From Candidatus Eiseniibacteriota bacterium (lineage in GTDB: Bacteria > Eisenbacteria > RBG-16-71-46 > DASYSL01), in assembly GCA_031431875.1 (NCBI GenBank), contig JANPEF010000131.1:1-52637 (forward strand): a stretch of DNA of 52,637 nucleotides, read 5' to 3'. The position numbers were made by a program, and so were the translations under genes. The notes beneath the pieces are model-generated. The model saw only the letters and a program-made list of their open reading frames with translations. It was not told where the DNA came from and made no database searches. Each line of letters opens with the position of its first letter. The stretch's first letter is position 1. This document shows, in pieces, positions 48,194 through 52,637 of this stretch.

Positions 48194-49543
48194 TCAGATT
48201 GTCGCTGGGGTGTCCTCGAGCACGATGCGTTTCTGCGTGCGGCCCATCTGGGTCCGCACGCGGAACCACATCCACGCCGCGATGACGGCCAGCCCCAGCA
48301 CGAAGCCCCACCACAGCCCCGCCGGGCCCAGCTTCAATGTGAAGCCCAGGAACAGCGAGAGCGGCAGGCCCAGCGCCCAGAAGCCGACCAGGTTGGCGAG
48401 CAGCGGGGCGCGCGTGTCGCCGATGCCGCGCAGGATGCCGATGCCCGTCACCTGCATGCCGTCGAACACCTGAAACAGCGCCGCCAGGCGCAACAGCGTT
48501 GCCGCGGTGGCCTGGACTTCCGCGTCCGGTGTGTAGATGCGCGCGATCGGCTCGGCGAAGACGAACAGGATCGTTGCCGACACCAGCTCGAACCCGATCG
48601 CGCAGAGGTACGACAGCCGCGCTGCCTTGCGCATCGCCGCCGGGTCGTGCGCGCCGACGGCGCGGCCGACCAGCACCGCCGCGGCCATCGAGATCCCCAG
48701 CGGGACCATGAACGTGAAGCTGGCCACGACGAGCGCGATCTGGTGCCCGGCCAGCGGGATCGTGCCCAGCCGACCCATCATGACGCCGATCAGCCCGAAG
48801 ACGCCGAACTCGAGCACGAACTGGGCGCCGATCGGAGCTCCCAGCCGGACGAAGCGCCACAGCGGTCCCGTCGCGAACGCCGCGCGGGAGAACGGCGTGA
48901 GCATCGGCCGGAACGTGCCCCAGGCGAGCCCGAGGAGCAGCGCGGTCATCACGAAGCGCCCGATCGTCGTGGCGACGGCGGAGCCGACGACGCCCATGGC
49001 GGGCGCGCCCAGGTTGCCGTAGATGAACATCCAATTGAGGAGCGCGTTGAGCAGGTTGGCGATGATGATCGTGATCACGATCGGCGTCAGGCGATGCATG
49101 GCCTGCAGCGTCTGGCGCAGCACGATGAAGTAATAGAACGGCACCAGCCCGATCATCGCGGTGCGCACGTAGGCCCACGCCAGCGGGATGACCTCGGCCG
49201 GCTGGCCCGTCCAGCGCAGGATCGGCTCGGCCAGGCACTGGATCAGCATGGTTGGCACGGAAATGACGGTCGCCAGCACGATCGCGCGCTGGAACGAGCG
49301 GGCCACGGCCGGGTGATCGTCGGCGCCGATCGCCTGGGCGACCACCGCGTCGAGCGACATGATCACGCCCATGCCGAACGTGGCGACGACCATGAAGATG
49401 GTGCTGGCCAGGGCGACCGCGGCGATGGCGGCGGGGGAGACCCGGCCGACCATGATCGTGTCGACCATGCCCATCGCCATGAGCCCGACCTGGACCAGGA
49501 TGACGGGTGCGGCGATGGACAGCAGCTTCCTGAGGTCGTTCAC
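48194..49543 (-). CDS. MATE family efflux transporter (NorM-like)
   Basis: VDTIMVG, LNWMFIYGNLGAPAMG, LFQVFDGMQ..LRGIGDTR. GTGA overlap with fhs. Confidence 0.93.
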   Translation of the reverse strand: MNDLRKLLSIAAPVILVQVGLMAMGMVDTIMVGRVSPAAIAAVALASTIFMVVATFGMGVIMSLDAVVAQAIGADDHPAVARSFQRAIVLATVISVPTMLIQCLAEPILRWTGQPAEVIPLAWAYVRTAMIGLVPFYYFIVLRQTLQAMHRLTPIVITIIIANLLNALLNWMFIYGNLGAPAMGVVGSAVATTIGRFVMTALLLGLAWGTFRPMLTPFSRAAFATGPLWRFVRLGAPIGAQFVLEFGVFGLIGVMMGRLGTIPLAGHQIALVVASFTFMVPLGISMAAAVLVGRAVGAHDPAAMRKAARLSYLCAIGFELVSATILFVFAEPIARIYTPDAEVQATAATLLRLAALFQVFDGMQVTGIGILRGIGDTRAPLLANLVGFWALGLPLSLFLGFTLKLGPAGLWWGFVLGLAVIAAWMWFRVRTQMGRTQKRIVLEDTPATI

Positions 49544-51174
49544 CCGCCTTCGCCGAGAACGATGCGGCCCGAGCCGTCGAGGTCGAAGCGCTCCGCCAAC
49601 GGCCGCTTCGGCAGGCCGGGCATGCGCAGGATCTCGCCGGTGATCGGGATGACGAAGCCGGCGCCGGCGGCGAGCTGGATCTCGCGCACGGTGACGAGGA
49701 AGTCCTTGGGCCGGCCCAGCAGCTTGGGGTTGTCCGACAGCGACTGCTGCGTCTTGGCGATGCACACCGGCAGCCCGCCGTAGCCCAGCTTCTCGAGGTG
49801 GGCGCGATCGCGCTTCGCGCGCGCCGTGTAGTCGACCGCCTCGGCGCCGTACATCTCGTGGGCGATCGTCTTGATCTTCTCCTCGATCGACGAGTTCCAG
49901 TCGTAGAGCGGGCGGAAGTGCGGAGCGCTCGCGGTGGCCAGCGCGTGCACGCGCTCGGCCAGCGCCGTGCAGCCTGCGCCGCCTGTGCCGAACGGGTCGG
50001 CGACGACCGCCTCGATCCCGAGCGACGCGCAGTGGGCGACGACGGCGGCCAGTTCCTCGTTCGTGTCCGTGGGGAAGCGGTTGATCGCCACCACGCACGG
50101 CTGCTCGAAGCGCCGGATGTTCTCGAGATGCTTCTCGAGGTTGGGCATCCCGGCGGCGAGGGCGGCGGCATTCGGCGCGCTGACGGTGTCGAGCGGCGCG
50201 CCGCCGTGCATCTTGAGCGCGCGCAACGTGGCCACGAGCACGGTGCAGGCGGGCGCGAAGCCGCCGTAGCCGCAGTTGATGTCGAAGAACTTCTCGGCTC
50301 CCAGCTCGAAGGCGAAGCCGGCCTCGGTGACGACGATGTCGGCGTAGGCCAGTGCCAGGCGCGTTGCGGCGATCGAGTTGGTGCCGTGCGCGATGTTGGC
50401 GAACGGGCCGCCATGGATGATCGCGGGCACGCCCTCGCGGGTCTGCACCAGGTTCGGCATCACCGCGTCGTGCAGCAGCGCGGCCATGGCGCCGACCGCG
50501 CGCATGTCGCCGGCGGTGACGGCCGTGCCGTCGGGGCGGTAGCCGACGACGATGCGGGCCAGCCGCGCCCTCAGGTCGTCGATGCCGTCGGCCAGGCAGA
50601 GGATGGCCATGACCTCGCTGGCCGCCGAGATGTCGAAACCCGACTCGCGCGGCACGCCCTCGAGGTGGCCGCCCAGCCCCAGTACGATGTGGCGCAGGGC
50701 ACGATCATTCATGTCGAGCACGCGGCGCCACGTGACGCGCCGCGGATCGAGCCCGGAGTCGTTGCCGTGGTGCAGGTGGTTGTCGACCATCGCGGCGAGC
50801 AGGTTGTGCGCGCTCGAGACCGCGTGGATGTCGCCGGTGAAGTGCATGTTCACGTCGTCGGCCGGCTCCACCTGCGAGGCGCCGCCGCCGGTGCCGCCGC
50901 CCTTCATGCCCAGGTACGGCCCGAGCGACGGCTCGCGCAGTGCGACTGCCGCGCGCACGCCGTTCTTCGCCAGTCCCTGCGCCAGGCCGATCGAGGTCGT
51001 GGTCTTGCCCTCGCCCGCCGGCGTGGGCGTGATCGCCGAGACGAGGACGAGGCGTCCCTTCGGCGTGCGGCCGGCGAGCGCGGCGAGCGAGATCTTGGCC
51101 TTGGTGTGGCCGTAAGGGATGACGTGTTCCGGGGCGAGCCCGAGCGTGCGGGCGACATCCATGATGGGTTTCAT
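49540..51174 (-). CDS. fhs: Formate--tetrahydrofolate ligase
   Basis: TPTPAGEGKTT, LREPSLGP..GMKGG, HGGPFANIAHG, TEAGF, CIAKTQ.SLSD, MPGLP. Confidence 0.97.
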   Translation of the reverse strand: MKPIMDVARTLGLAPEHVIPYGHTKAKISLAALAGRTPKGRLVLVSAITPTPAGEGKTTTSIGLAQGLAKNGVRAAVALREPSLGPYLGMKGGGTGGGASQVEPADDVNMHFTGDIHAVSSAHNLLAAMVDNHLHHGNDSGLDPRRVTWRRVLDMNDRALRHIVLGLGGHLEGVPRESGFDISAASEVMAILCLADGIDDLRARLARIVVGYRPDGTAVTAGDMRAVGAMAALLHDAVMPNLVQTREGVPAIIHGGPFANIAHGTNSIAATRLALAYADIVVTEAGFAFELGAEKFFDINCGYGGFAPACTVLVATLRALKMHGGAPLDTVSAPNAAALAAGMPNLEKHLENIRRFEQPCVVAINRFPTDTNEELAAVVAHCASLGIEAVVADPFGTGGAGCTALAERVHALATASAPHFRPLYDWNSSIEEKIKTIAHEMYGAEAVDYTARAKRDRAHLEKLGYGGLPVCIAKTQQSLSDNPKLLGRPKDFLVTVREIQLAAGAGFVIPITGEILRMPGLPKRPLAERFDLDGSGRIVLGEGG

Positions 51175-51251
51175 GGGGGGAAGTTGACGGCCGCGCCCGC
51201 CAACGGCAAGCACCTTTTGCCCGGGGCGGGGCGGTCTGCTAGCCTTGGCGC
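51175..51251. promoter_or_regulatory. Back-to-back promoters, probably producing leaderless mRNAs
   Basis: Plus strand: TTGCCC-17-TAGCCT-6-ATG, with an extended -10 TG. Minus strand: TTGCCG-17-CAACTT-6-ATG. Neither gene has an SD sequence. Confidence 0.55.
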
Positions 51252-52637
51252 ATGCGTTCCCTCCGCCACGCCCCCGTGCTGCTCGCCGTCCTGCTGGTTG
51301 CCGTGCCCGTGGGCGCGAGTTGCGCCGCGGCGGCCGCCGCTCCCTCGGCGACGCCGAAGCAGGCCGCCCACTCGGTGCTGCCGTTCATCGACGACGACCT
51401 CCCGCGGGCGCTCGCCGAGGCGAAACGGCGCGACCTGCCGCTGTTCGTCGAGTCGTGGGCACCCTGGTGACACTCGTGTCGCTCGATGAGGGCGTTCGTC
51501 TTCACGAACCCCGCCCTCGCGAGTGAAGCCGGACGGTTCGTCTGGCTCGCCCTCGACGTCGAGAAGAAGCAGAATGCCGCCGCGAAGAAGACGTACTACG
51601 CCTCGGCCCTGCCCACCTTCATGATCGTCCACCCGTCCGACGGATCGGTGCTGAGCCGGCGCGTCGGCGGCATGTCCGTCGACCAGCTCCGCGAGTTCCT
51701 GCGCTCCGGGGAGACCGCGCTCGTCGCCGCACGTGGCGGAAAGGCGGCAGCACCCGCGGACACCGCGCTGGCCCGGGCCGAGCGCGCCTACGGCGCCGGG
51801 GACTACGAGACGGCGGCCGGCGCGTATGTCGTCGCGCTGAGGAATCCGCCGGCCGACCCGGCAGCCGACTCGCGCGCCGTCGAGGCGGCGTTGTACTCGC
51901 TGTCGATGGCCGACCGCGGCGCCGACGGTCTCGCCGTCGCCGAGGCGGCGCGCGGGCGCTTCGGGCATTCCGCGGCCGGCGCGAGCGCGACCGCGCAGGC
52001 GCTCGACTTCGCGCTGGCGCTGCCGGATTCGACGCCGGGGCGCGGGGCGAAAGTCGCCGAGCTCGAGGCGGCGACGCGCGCCTTCGTGGCCGACACGACC
52101 CTGGGGCTCGCCGATGACGATCGCTCGGGCATGCTCGGCACGTTGCTCTCGGCACGCCAGGATGCGAAGGACGAACCCGGCGCGAAGGTCGCGGCTGACG
52201 CGTGGGTCACGTTCCTGCTGGGCGCGCGGGCGCGCAACACGACCGCCGAACAACGGACCGCTTCGGATGGATACCTGGTGGGCGCCGCGATCGAGGCGGG
52301 CGAGCCGGAGCGAGCGCTGCCGGCGCTCCTGGCGTCGGAGCGGGACCTGCCCGACGACTACAACCCGCCGGCCCGCGTCGCCGCGCTGTACAACGCGCTC
52401 AAGCGCTACGACGACGCGGAGGCGGCGGCGAAGCGGTCGCTGGCCAAGGCGTACGGTCCGCGCAAGCTCCGCGTCTATTCGACGCTGGCCGATGCGCAGA
52501 TCGGGGCGGGGGACACCGCCGCCGCGCGGGCGACCCTTGACGCGGGGATCGCTTACGGAGCATCTCTGCCCGAAGGGCAGAGGCCGAATGCTCTCATGGC
52601 GTCGCTCGCCAAGAAGCGGGATGGGTTGCTGGCGAAG
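51252..52637 (+). CDS. Exported thioredoxin-fold plus TPR protein, probable selenoprotein (UxxC); runs off the window end
   Basis: Signal peptide, then LFVESWAPW-TGA(51468-51470)-HSCRSM. The frame stays open to the window end, with the cis-Pro motif ALPTF and TPR-like helices. Confidence 0.85.
51471..51525 (+). promoter_or_regulatory. Candidate SECIS-like hairpin 3' of the in-frame UGA
   Basis: GTTCGT-CTTC-ACGAAC stacked on GAGGGC/GCCCTC, with outer pair CACTCG/CGAGTG. Confidence 0.55.

Noticed and set aside
51252..51470. 72-aa ORF as a complete small protein, or genome-wide UGA reassignment
   Set aside because: The thioredoxin fold continues past the TGA. Many other genes here end properly at TGA (e.g. 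permease YE*, ILLSGN*), so any recoding is site-specific.

Overview
A very GC-rich, gene-dense bacterial window with about 33 CDS. I recognised no rRNA, tRNA, CRISPR array or mobile element. Housekeeping and transport genes include a MacAB-type efflux trio, mgtE, an MFS transporter, lipA, a heterodimeric ABC exporter, lysA, a Cu-type P1B ATPase, a MATE pump and fhs. Six secreted proteins, covering about one third of the window, share a C-terminal FlgD-Ig/T9SS-CTD-like tail. This pattern suggests an FCB-affiliated candidate lineage such as Ca. Eisenbacteria (inference only). The most notable signals are: (1) an exported thioredoxin-TPR gene that the ORF track cuts at an in-frame TGA lying exactly on the first Cys of CxxC (WAPW-U-HSC), followed by a hairpin, i.e. 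a probable unannotated selenoprotein; (2) a yqeC-mobA-molybdopterin oxidoreductase operon that puts a labile-selenium marker gene beside a DMSO-reductase-family enzyme, preceded by a roughly 100-nt hairpin; (3) two tandem paralogous secreted proteins of about 1350 aa with no known function; (4) an FG-GAP propeller fused to a PBP/S11 peptidase domain with altered catalytic motifs. All family calls come from motif recognition by eye; no searches were run.
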